From NCBI GenBank assembly GCA_018396635.1, contig JAGTQE010000003.1, positions 46,642 through 110,641 on the forward strand: a DNA stretch of 64,000 bases, in the 5' to 3' direction. Position numbers and translations under genes: made by a program. Below the pieces are notes generated by a model. That model had not been told where the DNA came from and did not search any database. It worked only from the letters and a program-made list of their open reading frames with translations. Of this stretch, positions 1-10,134 are shown in pieces. How positions within the stretch are numbered: the stretch's first letter is position 1; every line of letters begins with the position of its first letter. This stretch comes from Candidatus Bathyarchaeota archaeon (GTDB lineage: Archaea > Thermoproteota > Bathyarchaeia > Bathyarchaeales > DTEX01).

Positions 1-1
1 C

Positions 2-889
2 TCCAGATTCCACATAGAGCATTTAAAGGACCTCATCAAAGAGAAGGAGACCTATGGGGTTATACTCGTAGATTCTAGTGAGGCGACGTTTGCAACTATA
101 AAGGGGCGACGCCTAGAGATAGTTGACGAGATAACCTCAGGGATACCGGGTAAGCATAGGGCTGGAGGGCAGTCTGCTAGGCGTTTTGAGCGTATACGTG
201 AGGCTCAAGTCCAAGAGTTCTTTAAGAGGATCGCCTCGCACGCCAACGAAATTTTTCTACCCATAGAGGACTTGAAGGGAATAATTATTGGTGGACCTGG
301 GCCGACAAAATACGACTTTGAGAAGGGTGCATATTTAGACTATAGGCTCAGAGAGAAGATTATAGGCATCGTTGATACAGCCTACACTGGGGAGCAGGGG
401 ATTAAAGAGGTTCTTGAGAAGGCTCCTGAAATAATGAGGAATGTAAGATATATCGAGGAGAGGAAAATTGTTCAGAGATTTCTGTACGAGATTGGGCGTG
501 ATACAGGCTTAGCAACTTATGGTGAAATGGAAGTTAGAAGGGCTCTTGAGGCTGGCATAGTTGACACGCTCTTGCTATCGGAGGCTATTGATATAACTCG
601 CGTGACAGTTATCTGCACACTATGCGGACACACTTATCATGAGTCGATGAAGAGCCATGAGGTTCTGGCGTTTACCCAATCACTTGTAGGGAAAGCTTGC
701 CCAAAATGTGGGAATCAAACGCTTGAGGTTGCTGAGGAGAAGGATCTGATTGAGGAGCTGGCTGAGCTAGCTGAGGCCACCGGCTCAAAAGTTGAAATTA
801 TATCTCCGGAGACGGAGGAGGGGCAGATGCTATTAAAGTCGTTTGGCGGCATAGCCGCCATTCTAAAGTATAGGGCGGAGCAACGTTAA
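2..889 (+). CDS. prf1: Peptide chain release factor aRF1 (5'-truncated by window edge)
   Basis: Frame open from nt 2 reads ...GIPGKHRAGGQSARRFER (GGQ motif), then GGPGPTK, a C-domain CxxC...CxxC insert and terminal FGGIAAILKY. Confidence 0.96.
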   Translation, partial: SRFHIEHLKDLIKEKETYGVILVDSSEATFATIKGRRLEIVDEITSGIPGKHRAGGQSARRFERIREAQVQEFFKRIASHANEIFLPIEDLKGIIIGGPGPTKYDFEKGAYLDYRLREKIIGIVDTAYTGEQGIKEVLEKAPEIMRNVRYIEERKIVQRFLYEIGRDTGLATYGEMEVRRALEAGIVDTLLLSEAIDITRVTVICTLCGHTYHESMKSHEVLAFTQSLVGKACPKCGNQTLEVAEEKDLIEELAELAEATGSKVEIISPETEEGQMLLKSFGGIAAILKYRAEQR

Positions 890-931
890 TAATATGCTAT
901 AACATATTATGTTCTTTTAAGGGGGTTAAGA

Positions 932-1309
932 ATGTCGGATCTAGAGCTCGAGATGATAAGGCTTAGGAAGCTTATGGAGATGAAGAGGCGTCTAACAGAG
1001 AAAACCGAGGCTGAAAAGCCTAAGGAAATTGATCCACATGAGGTTTTAGATAAAGTTTTCATCGATAGGGCATGGGAGGTCTTTAATGCGGCGAAGGCCC
1101 AATATCCAGAGGTTGCGCAATACGTTGAGAGGCTTCTCGTTAAGCTAGCTCTAGAGGGTAAGATTAAAGAGAAGATAACGGGCGAGGAATTGTATGGGCT
1201 CTTCCTACGCCTCGGATATAAGGTTAGGCTTCAAACACGCATTAACATTATAGAGCATGGAAAAGTGAAGAGCCTAGAGCAGAAGATTAGGGAGGAGCTT
1301 TCAAGTTAG
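932..1309 (+). CDS. PDCD5/TFAR19-family DNA-binding protein
   Basis: N-terminal ELEMIRLRKL, RAWEV...A..QYPEVA and KITGEELYGL pattern typical of the archaeal family. Confidence 0.75.
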   Translation: MSDLELEMIRLRKLMEMKRRLTEKTEAEKPKEIDPHEVLDKVFIDRAWEVFNAAKAQYPEVAQYVERLLVKLALEGKIKEKITGEELYGLFLRLGYKVRLQTRINIIEHGKVKSLEQKIREELSS

Positions 1310-1332
1310 CAACCTTTGAAAGAGAATTATTT

Positions 1333-2766
1333 TTAGATTATTGGTGTCAGCTTAGGTATTGGATAGCCCTTTGACACATCCATCTCCAGTACATGGAGGT
1401 TTGTTCTGGGTTTCACGCCGTAAACAAGAACTGATCCATGCTCCCGCGTAATCCTTAAATGTACATCTGCCATCGCCGAAAGGATTTTCGCTACTCTCGG
1501 ATAACCCGGCTTAAGCAATATTATACACAGGCTTTCTGTCTCCCTCGCCCTCATAGCGCAGGCCCTAAGCGCCGAAAGAGCCTCCTTAACTCCATACGTG
1601 TCTATTAGCGTGTCTGCGCCAACTATGCGCAGCACTGGTTGACCTGTTTCCTTCATCAATTCGTACTCGGCATTGAAGCAGCTCATAACATACTCTGTAA
1701 TACTTTCACCCTCAAGCGTTACTACGAAGGGTTCAGGTTTAAATCCAGGATACTTTCTGATGTAAACTCTCAGAAGTCTATTTATCTCGTCCTCCGTCAA
1801 CCCGCCCTCCTCAGCCTTCTTCCTTATGAGATTATGGTCCACGCCGCTAGATGGTATCAGAATCACTCCTCTTCCCTGAGTAGTAAAGTTGTAGGCTGTT
1901 ATGGCAGAAATCAGATGATATTGCAGCGTTGCGATCTGCTCACCAATTTCGATTAGCACTAGCGAGCCTCTTGGATAGCCTCCGCCAAGCATCTCGTCTA
2001 GGTCTTGCGACCCGGTTGAGAAGAACTTTTTCGTGTCTGGCCGAGGCTCAAACCTGCATGGCTTCTCAATCACCTTGACCTTGAATGGTGGGAAGGCCTT
2101 AAAGCCGCCTTTAAGCGTTAAGACCAGCTGCGTTTCAGGCGTCGGCATACCCCTCATCTTAAGTATCTCCAGATCCCTCAGGATTCTACCATCCAATCTA
2201 CTCCTCTTCAGGAGGATTATGCCGTCAGCAACAAACTCCTCTATACCTAGCCCCACCCTTTCCTCACCATATGGCACTTCCACAATCAGGATCGTTGTGC
2301 AACCCAGGATTTTCGTGATGCGGCTCAGGATTGTGTGTAAGATTATTCTGGCTTCATAAGTCTCCCTGAACGCTTGGGCTAGTGCTGAGAACGAGTCTAT
2401 TACTAGGCGTTTAGCTTCTATTCGGCTTACCTCACTGATAATCATCTCTAGAGTTGTTGACACAGCCCCCTCTTTAGCGGTCATGAGGTCTAGAAAGCTG
2501 AATCTTTCCTCCGCTTCAAGCCTCTTAAAGTCGAATCCTAGTTCAAGCATATTACTTAAGAAAGTCTCCTTACTCTCAGCAAAGCTGGCATATATACCCC
2601 TTTCGCCGTAATTGGCTATACCGTTATAAAGGAAAGAAGCTGAAAACATAGTCTTACCTGTGCCAGGGTTCCCAGCCAAAACTATTAGACCGCCCCTTGG
2701 AAAGCCTCCGCCGATAACCGCATCTAAGCCGCTTATCCCTGTTGGAACCCTACTAGTGCCACTCAT
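1333..2766 (-). CDS. KaiC/RAD55-family ATPase with two RecA domains, the second degenerate (GvpD-like)
   Basis: RVPTGISGLD, Walker A GNPGTGKT, Walker B RLVIDS, ILKMRG; second domain starts STGSQDLDEMLGGG but lacks GKT. Confidence 0.88.
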   Translation of the reverse strand: MSGTSRVPTGISGLDAVIGGGFPRGGLIVLAGNPGTGKTMFSASFLYNGIANYGERGIYASFAESKETFLSNMLELGFDFKRLEAEERFSFLDLMTAKEGAVSTTLEMIISEVSRIEAKRLVIDSFSALAQAFRETYEARIILHTILSRITKILGCTTILIVEVPYGEERVGLGIEEFVADGIILLKRSRLDGRILRDLEILKMRGMPTPETQLVLTLKGGFKAFPPFKVKVIEKPCRFEPRPDTKKFFSTGSQDLDEMLGGGYPRGSLVLIEIGEQIATLQYHLISAITAYNFTTQGRGVILIPSSGVDHNLIRKKAEEGGLTEDEINRLLRVYIRKYPGFKPEPFVVTLEGESITEYVMSCFNAEYELMKETGQPVLRIVGADTLIDTYGVKEALSALRACAMRARETESLCIILLKPGYPRVAKILSAMADVHLRITREHGSVLVYGVKPRTNLHVLEMDVSKGYPIPKLTPII

Positions 2767-3133
2767 TCTTCATCCTCCCACCTACACAATCAGCTATCCT
2801 CTTTAGAATTAATCGCATTTCTTCAACTGATCTTTGATCACTGCTATGCATGAGATCGATGAAATGCTCCGCATTTATATTTAAGCCGTACTTAGCGTTA
2901 ATGTTCATTACCATTAGATTAATTATGACTTTAGCTCCAGCGCCAAGAATCCTCTCCATGGCATGATAGAAGGTTTTCGGATCCTCCCAAATAACCTCAT
3001 AGGGATCACGCCCCAAATTTATCCTCATAAAAAGCAACACGGCACCTCCAGCAGACTCGCCGAGAGAGGAGTAGAGGATCTCCCTGAAAAGTTCACGAAA
3101 AAACATAATAATTGAGCGGTCATTTTTCAACAT
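2753..3133 (-). CDS. Small alpha-helical protein associated with the KaiC gene (DUF3227/NitrOD5-like)
   Basis: LGESAG..VL, EDPKTF..AMERILGAGAKVI pattern; overlaps the KaiC-like gene start. Confidence 0.6.
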   Translation of the reverse strand: MLKNDRSIIMFFRELFREILYSSLGESAGGAVLLFMRINLGRDPYEVIWEDPKTFYHAMERILGAGAKVIINLMVMNINAKYGLNINAEHFIDLMHSSDQRSVEEMRLILKRIADCVGGRMKNEWH

Positions 3134-3274
3134 ATGTATACACTAAAAGCAATATCTATGTAGTGGGTTAAAAGGTTAATTATGTTTAAATATATACGAT
3201 GGGTCTAGATATACTTAACAATAATCTAACATGTTTAATTATCTCTTGAAAAATATTTAGGGAGGAAAATTCTA

Positions 3275-3529
3275 TTAGCCCATAAATTTCTTAATTGTTC
3301 TAAGCGCTTCTAAGAAGGCTCCACCTCTTTCAGTCAATCTATAAACCTTTCTACCGCCCATATTATCTTCCCTCAATAAGCCTTTTGAAACTAAAAAATT
3401 GACCACGCTCTTAGCCCTATCAACCGGAAGCTGAGCACTATAAGATAACTTCGTTATTGTTATAGCGCCCTTCCTCCTCACAGCATCAAGTACATCAAAG
3501 TAGATCTCGTATCTCGTCCTTCTCTTCAA
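3275..3529 (-). CDS. Small winged-helix transcriptional regulator
   Basis: RRTRYEIYFDVL...ITKLSYSAQL...YRLTERG archaeal wHTH pattern. Confidence 0.85.
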   Translation of the reverse strand: MKRRTRYEIYFDVLDAVRRKGAITITKLSYSAQLPVDRAKSVVNFLVSKGLLREDNMGGRKVYRLTERGGAFLEALRTIKKFMG

Positions 3530-3552
3530 TTATAAACACTTTACCCTTTAAT

Positions 3553-4224
3553 TTAGCTTTTAGGTTTCAGATAAATCTTGCCTCCTAATATGGAAGTATT
3601 TGGTATCAGCACCCTTGTGCCATCACTTTTCACGACTACCGTGAAAAGCGTTGCAACATCATCAACAACACCGTCCTCCCCAGCTAAAACAACTGGGTCG
3701 CCAATTTTATAGGGTCTTGATATTAATAGAAATAGCCCCGCAACCGCTTGTCCTAAAACCTGCTGGGAGGCAAAACCTATAACTATGCCTATAAAGCCTC
3801 CTAAGGCAACTCCAGCTGCGCCACCAGCTACTCCGCCAGCTATAGCCGCAACTAAAGCCCCAATGCCTATGATTTTGACAACATTCCTAACAGCTGCTGC
3901 TGTAGCATGCTCATATTTCGCCCTCATAGACCAATAGAAGAAGGATGCTACTCCACTCACAATAAGATAACCGAACGCTATAGCAAGTAATATCTGAACA
4001 TACCCAATGTAATCCACAATATTTATCCCAAACTGTAGCATAAAGCTCGTAAAAAGCCATTGGATAACTGCCGCAACAGCTACATAAAGCACTATGTAAA
4101 GAACAACCTTAATCATAGCCTTAGCTGCATTTCCCGCAATCTCAGCCTTATCTAACTGCTCCTTTTTGGATGATGAACTGGCACACAAATTAATCACCAT
4201 TCCATTATATCTCGCTAACAGCAT
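3553..4224 (-). CDS. mscS: Small-conductance mechanosensitive channel (start may be TTG at 4188)
   Basis: Hydrophobic helices, GFASQQVLGQAVAG and RPYKIGD...IPN MscS motifs. Confidence 0.9.
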   Translation of the reverse strand: MLLARYNGMVINLCASSSSKKEQLDKAEIAGNAAKAMIKVVLYIVLYVAVAAVIQWLFTSFMLQFGINIVDYIGYVQILLAIAFGYLIVSGVASFFYWSMRAKYEHATAAAVRNVVKIIGIGALVAAIAGGVAGGAAGVALGGFIGIVIGFASQQVLGQAVAGLFLLISRPYKIGDPVVLAGEDGVVDDVATLFTVVVKSDGTRVLIPNTSILGGKIYLKPKS

Positions 4225-4251
4225 ATATTATTATCGCCGGCATATATGTCA

Positions 4252-5547
4252 TTACGCTGGTGGGTTTGGTAGGGAATCTACTTTCTTAGGTTCCTTAGCT
4301 AAGTAAACTTTTTCTTCGCTAGTCAACTCTTCAGTGTACTGGAGTTCACCCATAACCTTACAGTACTTCTCCAAATACACTTTCCTAGCATAAATGTTTC
4401 TTGCGCTAGCCCTCTCCTCCATTATTACGATGCTTGCATAAATGTCTTCGACGTCAGCCCTCTCATCAATATGTACTTCCTCCGCCACAACTGGCCCACG
4501 TATTTTACCTCTCTTACCTATCCGAACACGCCCAGCCTTTAACCCATCCGTAGTGGTGATCTCTCCGCCAACATCAACGGAATTGATTGCTTCTATGCGC
4601 TGAGCCTTCAATCTGCCGCCAACATCTATAGATTTAGCCCAAAGCGTTCCACCAACATCTACCACTCCACCAACATCCAGATCGCCAGACAGCTTTAGGT
4701 GCCCCTCAACCTTAAGCTTACCACCAACATCTATCTTAATCCCTTCAGCGTTGCCGTAGATGACAACAGACCCCCCAACATCAATCTCACTAAAGATTAA
4801 ATCTCCGTCTACCTCTAATGTTCCGCCAACATCAATCTTCTCACCCTTAGATAAGCCGGCCAATTTCACGCTTCCACCAACATCAATAATCCTGAAGACA
4901 AGCTGTTTGCTTGAGCGGAAAGCCCCGCCAACATCAATCTTATCCCTTATTTCCCCGCCAGCAATCTCAGCTATACCACCAACATCCAGATCCTCAGCAA
5001 AGACTTCAGATTTGGCACGGAAAGAGCCACCAACATCAATTTTATCTACTTTAACAATACCTTCCCCATAAAAGGAGCCGCCGACATCCAGTAGCGCACC
5101 AACCGTTGAGCCAGCCACCTCAACAGCTCCACCAACATCTATGGCTTTTGCATTTACACTCCCTCCCACATTAAGCCTCCCGCCGACATCAACGTTCTCA
5201 GCATCCAAGTCCCCCCTGACACGCAGCTCCCTATCAATATCAACATTCTTAGCTTTCATACTGCCCTCCACAAATAGTGAACCCTTCTCAATCTTTACAG
5301 CCCCCTCAATCAGCAAGTCCCCCTTAACGGTTACCTCGCAATCCTTACCCCTCAGCTGCGCTGAGGAAACACTGCAATTAAATATACAATCGCCATAACA
5401 TTGAATTATTCCGGAGACCGTAATCTTCTGAAGCCCCTCCTTAGCCTCAATTGTTGCACCCTCCTCCACATATAAGTTCCCCTCAACAGCATCTAGGGAA
5501 ATTGTTGCTCCTTGTGGAACCCTAATATCGCCCAATATCCTCACCAC
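4252..5547 (-). CDS. Beta-helix repeat protein, bactofilin/polymer-forming cytoskeletal-like
   Basis: 14 DVGG motifs, mostly at 17-aa spacing; V/I/G-rich; no signal peptide. Confidence 0.7.
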   Translation of the reverse strand: MVRILGDIRVPQGATISLDAVEGNLYVEEGATIEAKEGLQKITVSGIIQCYGDCIFNCSVSSAQLRGKDCEVTVKGDLLIEGAVKIEKGSLFVEGSMKAKNVDIDRELRVRGDLDAENVDVGGRLNVGGSVNAKAIDVGGAVEVAGSTVGALLDVGGSFYGEGIVKVDKIDVGGSFRAKSEVFAEDLDVGGIAEIAGGEIRDKIDVGGAFRSSKQLVFRIIDVGGSVKLAGLSKGEKIDVGGTLEVDGDLIFSEIDVGGSVVIYGNAEGIKIDVGGKLKVEGHLKLSGDLDVGGVVDVGGTLWAKSIDVGGRLKAQRIEAINSVDVGGEITTTDGLKAGRVRIGKRGKIRGPVVAEEVHIDERADVEDIYASIVIMEERASARNIYARKVYLEKYCKVMGELQYTEELTSEEKVYLAKEPKKVDSLPNPPA

Positions 5548-5604
5548 AAATCATCACTTAGAAGGATATAATATAAGGTTAAGTCACAATATAATTAATA
5601 CAAG

Positions 5605-5629
5605 TAATAGTCACATTATGTTACTATTA
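5605..5629. promoter_or_regulatory. Near-perfect palindromic operator candidate TAATAGTCACAT-T-ATGTTACTATTA
   Basis: 12-bp arms with one mismatch, in the divergent intergenic region between the beta-helix gene and valS. Confidence 0.5.
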
Positions 5630-5678
5630 AGCCTGAAAACAATTATCTTTATATCTTAGTCCTTAAAGATTAGTATTT

Positions 5679-5767
5679 GCGGCATTATTGCTGGGAGGAA
5701 GGCGTCTTGAACCGCCGCCAGCGCCAAGTACATTAAATGACACTAAGATAGGCTCTAATGCGCCAGA
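5679..5767 (+). ncRNA. Candidate structured small RNA or leader upstream of valS
   Basis: GC-rich island ~25 nt after TATA-like CTTTATAT (5647-5654); GCATTA/TAATGC terminal stem with nested GCTGG/CCAGC and GGCG/CGCC stems. Confidence 0.4.
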
Positions 5768-5820
5768 AATGCTCTTTAAAGATAATTTTAATTTGAAAAT
5801 TATTGGTATGGTGACGCTTT

Positions 5821-8280
5821 ATGGGAGGAGAGGAGGTCATAAGCTTTAAACCTAAAATAAAAGATAAGACCTGGGACCCCGCCAAGGAGATGATCTTATT
5901 CAAGAAGTGGCAGGAGGATGGAATCTACAAGTTTAATGAGACCTCTAATAAGGAGGTCTTTAGCATAGATACCCCACCCCCATACGTTAATACTCCAGTC
6001 CATATTGGGCAGGCATACACATATGTTTGGATGGATATATTTGCGCGTTATAAGCGTATGATGGGCTATAACGTGCTCTTTCCAATGGGCTTAGATAAGA
6101 ATGGTTTGCCAATAGAGGTTCAAACTGAAAAGACGTTCGGCATAGTTATGCATGAGACCCCTAGAGAGGAGTTTATAGCGAAGTGTAAGCAGCTGCTCGA
6201 AGAGAGCGGTGAAGCCTCACTAGAAACGTTTAAGCGCCTAGGTTTAAGCTGCAACTCATGGAACCTCGAGTACAAGATTGGAGGCAGATACGATACCGAT
6301 GACCCAGAATATAGGCGCCTGACACAAGAAACCTTCATAGAGTTCTGGAAGAGAGGCCTCATCTACGAGGATGAGAAGGTTACAAATTATTGCCCAGTCT
6401 GCCGCACAACAATATCTGACGCTGAAGTCGAGTATGAGGAAGAGGAAGCTACACTAAACTACATAAAATTTAAGGTTCAGGAGACTGGTGAAGAAATACT
6501 TATAGCCACAACTAGGCCAGAATTATTGTGCTCATGCCGCATAATCCTTTTCAATCCAGCGGATGAACGCTACCAGCACCTTAAAGGGAAGCATGCCATC
6601 GTCCCAATATATGGACACGTCGTTGAGATCATTCCACATCCCTATGCCAAACCAGACTTCGGCTCAGGCCTAGTTATGATATGTAGCTTCGGCGACTACA
6701 GTGATATCAGGATACTCAGGGAGCTCGATTTGAAGCCGATATTCGCTATAAATGAGAAGGGCGAAATGAACGAGAACGCCGGAAAGTATGCTGGATTAAA
6801 GGTTGAGGAGGCAAGAAAACGCATAATAGAGGATCTTAAGGCTGAGGGGCTGCTCGTCAAACAGGAAAAGATTATTCAGCGCAAGCCAATCTGTTGGAGA
6901 TCCAAGAATCCAATAGAGTTCATTCCAATGAAGGAGTTTTATCTAAAGCAGGTTGAGTTTAAGAAGCGGATACTTGAGCTATCTGACCAAATGCGCTTCT
7001 TCGCTCCGGAGAGTAAGCAGATACTTATAGACTGGATCAATTCCATTGATATAGATTGGGTTATATCAAGGCGTAGATATTATGGAACTGAGATACCTTT
7101 ATGGTACTGCAAGACTTGCGGCTACGTCTATGTGCCCGAACCTGGAAGATACTATCAGCCCTGGAGAGAGCCGCCGCCGATAGACAGATGCCCAAAGTGT
7201 GGCGGAAGAGAGTTTCGTGGCGAGGAACGAACATTTGACACATGGTTCGACTCAGCCACCTCTGAAGTCTATATACTTGGCTATCTATGGAATAAAGAGT
7301 TCTTTAAAAAGAACTTCCCATGCTCACTTAGACCACAAGGGAAGGAGATTGTTAGGAACTGGCTATACTTTACTATTCTAAAGTCCTTCTTACTCTTCGG
7401 AAAGGAGCCCTTCAGAAATGTTTGGATACATATGCATGTTGTAGACGAGCAGGGTAGAAAAATGAGTAAAAGCGCAGGGAATGTAATTGACCCGCAGGAT
7501 GTTATAAGAATGTTTGGCAGCGAAGCCTTCAGGATATGGACTGCGCTTGAAGGTAACATAACTAAAGGCGACATAAGATGCTCATTTGAGAGGATACGTG
7601 GAACATCAAAATTCCTAACAAAGCTATGGAACATAGCCAGGTTCATATCATCTTTCCCGCAGGTAAGCGAGGATTACGAACTCGCACCGCTGGATAGAAT
7701 GATATTGGCTAAGCTAAATGAGGTGATATCTGAGAGCCGGAAGGGTTATGAGGAAATGAACGCATTCCATGCTGGAACAACTATAAGGAATTTCACATGG
7801 AACATTTTCGCCGATCACTATATTGAGGCTGTTAAGTCAAGAGCCTATAACAGAGATAACCTATTCAGCCCAAGGCTTCAGCGCGGCGCATGGTATACAC
7901 TTCACAAGTGTCTGGAAACAATACTTAAGCTTTTGGCGCCAATATGTCCATTTATAACCGAAGCAATATGGCTCGAATTATACTCTAAGGAGAGCATACA
8001 TGTCCAGCGCTTCCCTGAGGAGAGAGATGAGTGGAAAGATAACATCGTTATTCTGCTGCCAAAGTTCATGGAATTTAATAACGCAATATGGCAGTACAAG
8101 AAGAAAAATAATATCGCCTTAAACCAGGACCTGAACGTTGCAGTCTATGCGCCACCCGACCTGAAGCCGTTTGAAGAAGATCTGAAGGCTATGCATAGAA
8201 TTAAAACCCTAATATTTGGCAAGCCGGAACACGAGACTGCGGAGAAGATTTCTGAGGAGGTCTTTATAGCCAAGGCTTAG
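5821..8280 (+). CDS. valS: Valine--tRNA ligase
   Basis: IDTPPP..HIGQ, ATTRPE, DWVISRRR and KMSKS class Ia motifs; archaeal-type length. Confidence 0.93.
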   Translation: MGGEEVISFKPKIKDKTWDPAKEMILFKKWQEDGIYKFNETSNKEVFSIDTPPPYVNTPVHIGQAYTYVWMDIFARYKRMMGYNVLFPMGLDKNGLPIEVQTEKTFGIVMHETPREEFIAKCKQLLEESGEASLETFKRLGLSCNSWNLEYKIGGRYDTDDPEYRRLTQETFIEFWKRGLIYEDEKVTNYCPVCRTTISDAEVEYEEEEATLNYIKFKVQETGEEILIATTRPELLCSCRIILFNPADERYQHLKGKHAIVPIYGHVVEIIPHPYAKPDFGSGLVMICSFGDYSDIRILRELDLKPIFAINEKGEMNENAGKYAGLKVEEARKRIIEDLKAEGLLVKQEKIIQRKPICWRSKNPIEFIPMKEFYLKQVEFKKRILELSDQMRFFAPESKQILIDWINSIDIDWVISRRRYYGTEIPLWYCKTCGYVYVPEPGRYYQPWREPPPIDRCPKCGGREFRGEERTFDTWFDSATSEVYILGYLWNKEFFKKNFPCSLRPQGKEIVRNWLYFTILKSFLLFGKEPFRNVWIHMHVVDEQGRKMSKSAGNVIDPQDVIRMFGSEAFRIWTALEGNITKGDIRCSFERIRGTSKFLTKLWNIARFISSFPQVSEDYELAPLDRMILAKLNEVISESRKGYEEMNAFHAGTTIRNFTWNIFADHYIEAVKSRAYNRDNLFSPRLQRGAWYTLHKCLETILKLLAPICPFITEAIWLELYSKESIHVQRFPEERDEWKDNIVILLPKFMEFNNAIWQYKKKNNIALNQDLNVAVYAPPDLKPFEEDLKAMHRIKTLIFGKPEHETAEKISEEVFIAKA

Positions 8281-9119
8281 GGTTGCAGAAAACTACTTAA
8301 ATCCCTTCCCTTCCTCAACCTACCACCAAAAACTATTTCTTTCCCAAGTATGACCCTCATACCATCGAAAGCCGCTTTAGTGGGCACACCTGTTCTCTTC
8401 TCTATCAATTCAGCCTCCTTCTCTGGTCCCCTGAGTATCATCTGCATCCCAAAGTGAGTTATTAAAGCCATCTCAGGCCTAGTTTCCTCAATTATCTTTA
8501 TGGCGTTGTCTGTTGTCATATGTCCCTCCCATGGCTGGCCAGACGGTCTTAAAACAGACAGTATAAGGAGTCTCAGTCCACTATAAAACTTTGACACATC
8601 ACTAAAATATTCTGAGTCAGGCATATATGCAAAGCCGCCAAACCCTTTTACCTCAAATCGGAAGCCAACAGCGTCTGGATCCGAATGGACTGCTTTACAT
8701 GCCGTAACATTTATTCCATCAATCTCTACGGATGTGCCGACCGTCGCCTCAACAACTTTTTCAGGCATAGCCTGATGATATCTCGATATAGAGTTTTCAC
8801 AAATCTCATTACCCCTTAAAACGCTGCGAGCAGCCAGCAGGATACCACGCTTCTTAGTAGTCCCTTCACTCATGGCCTCTATGAGCGGCTCAGCATCATT
8901 AGCGTGATCGAGATGCGAATGTGAAACCAATATCGCCCTGATCTTCTGCGGGTCCAACCCCATCTCCAGCGAATATATAAGCGCGCCAGGACCGGGATCA
9001 ATATGCATGTTTATGTTGCCCTGCTCAGAGATAATCCTTATCCCACCAGTCCTCCTCCTTTGAGTTATCGTTGCGAAACGCCCGCCTCCGGTCCCGAGAA
9101 AAATAATCTCAAGCATCAC
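8277..9119 (-). CDS. MBL-fold metallo-hydrolase
   Basis: FLGTGGGR, DPGPG, SHSHLDH and THFG motifs. Confidence 0.9.
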   Translation of the reverse strand: MMLEIIFLGTGGGRFATITQRRRTGGIRIISEQGNINMHIDPGPGALIYSLEMGLDPQKIRAILVSHSHLDHANDAEPLIEAMSEGTTKKRGILLAARSVLRGNEICENSISRYHQAMPEKVVEATVGTSVEIDGINVTACKAVHSDPDAVGFRFEVKGFGGFAYMPDSEYFSDVSKFYSGLRLLILSVLRPSGQPWEGHMTTDNAIKIIEETRPEMALITHFGMQMILRGPEKEAELIEKRTGVPTKAAFDGMRVILGKEIVFGGRLRKGRDLSSFLQP

Positions 9120-9383
9120 CGCAACCCCAAATATTTCATGAGAGACCTATACAAAGAATAATTTAGCATCTCTTCCACATTAACAATATGGTGACCTGCA
9201 AAACGCACGTCAAAGCCGACCAAACAGTTAAAAACGAGGAGATATTATTTAGGAGAAAAAGCGGCCACGATCCAAGAAGATTAAAATGTTACTGAGCAGT
9301 TAATCGGGCGAGAAGTCTAGCTGAGGGAAGGATTTATTTAGAATAACGTTAAGGATAATATGATTTACTTTGGTGGCGGAATA

Positions 9384-10058
9384 ATGAAAGTTGTTGTAAG
9401 GATTGGCGGCTCAGTTATAGCTTCGCCGCCAAACCCAGAATTAATCCGCAAATACGCTGAGCTAATCATGAACTTAGGGAAAAGAGAACATAAGATCGCC
9501 GTCATTATAGGTGGAGGAAAGCTGGCCCGTGAATTCATAAGCTTAGCACGTGAGCTAGGCTTGCCCGAGCAGGAGCAGGACGAACTAGCAATATCAGTCT
9601 CGAGGCTCTTTGCCCAAGTATTATCTATGATGATTGGCGGGTATGCATGGAGGAAGATACCTGAAAACATTGAGGAGGCCGTAAGGGCTTTAAGTGAGAG
9701 AGGAATTGTTGTCATGGGCGGAGTGAAGCCCGGCATGACCACAGATACTGTAGCAGCATTATTAGCCTCAGAGATTGGGGCAGACCTAATAGTTAAAGCG
9801 ACCGATCAGGAGGGCGTATATACGCGAGACCCACGAAAATATTCCGACGCCAAAAAACTTGATGAGATAGGCTTTAATGACCTAGAGAAAATATTATCTG
9901 AGGATAGGCATAGGGCTGGCATACATCAGATAATTGACCCGGAAGCTGTCCGGATACTAAAAGAAAAGCGCATAAAAACAATAGTTGTTAATGGTTTTAG
10001 GCCAGAAAATGTTCTTCTAGCTATTAGCGGCGCAAAGGTTGGGACAGTAATACACTAA
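9384..10058 (+). CDS. pyrH: Uridylate kinase
   Basis: VVRIGGS, GGGKLAR, PGMTTD, GVYTRDP; start placed at MKVVV. Confidence 0.93.
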   Translation: MKVVVRIGGSVIASPPNPELIRKYAELIMNLGKREHKIAVIIGGGKLAREFISLARELGLPEQEQDELAISVSRLFAQVLSMMIGGYAWRKIPENIEEAVRALSERGIVVMGGVKPGMTTDTVAALLASEIGADLIVKATDQEGVYTRDPRKYSDAKKLDEIGFNDLEKILSEDRHRAGIHQIIDPEAVRILKEKRIKTIVVNGFRPENVLLAISGAKVGTVIH

Positions 10059-10134
10059 TCTTTTCTCTGGAACCACATATAGCCATCTTTTGCTTGCTGC
10101 AATGCTGCGGCTACCTCTCAATACCTTGAGGTCG

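Noticed and set aside
9188-9295. 35-codon ORF between the MBL hydrolase and pyrH
   Set aside because: No clear SD and no recognisable motif; consistent with chance
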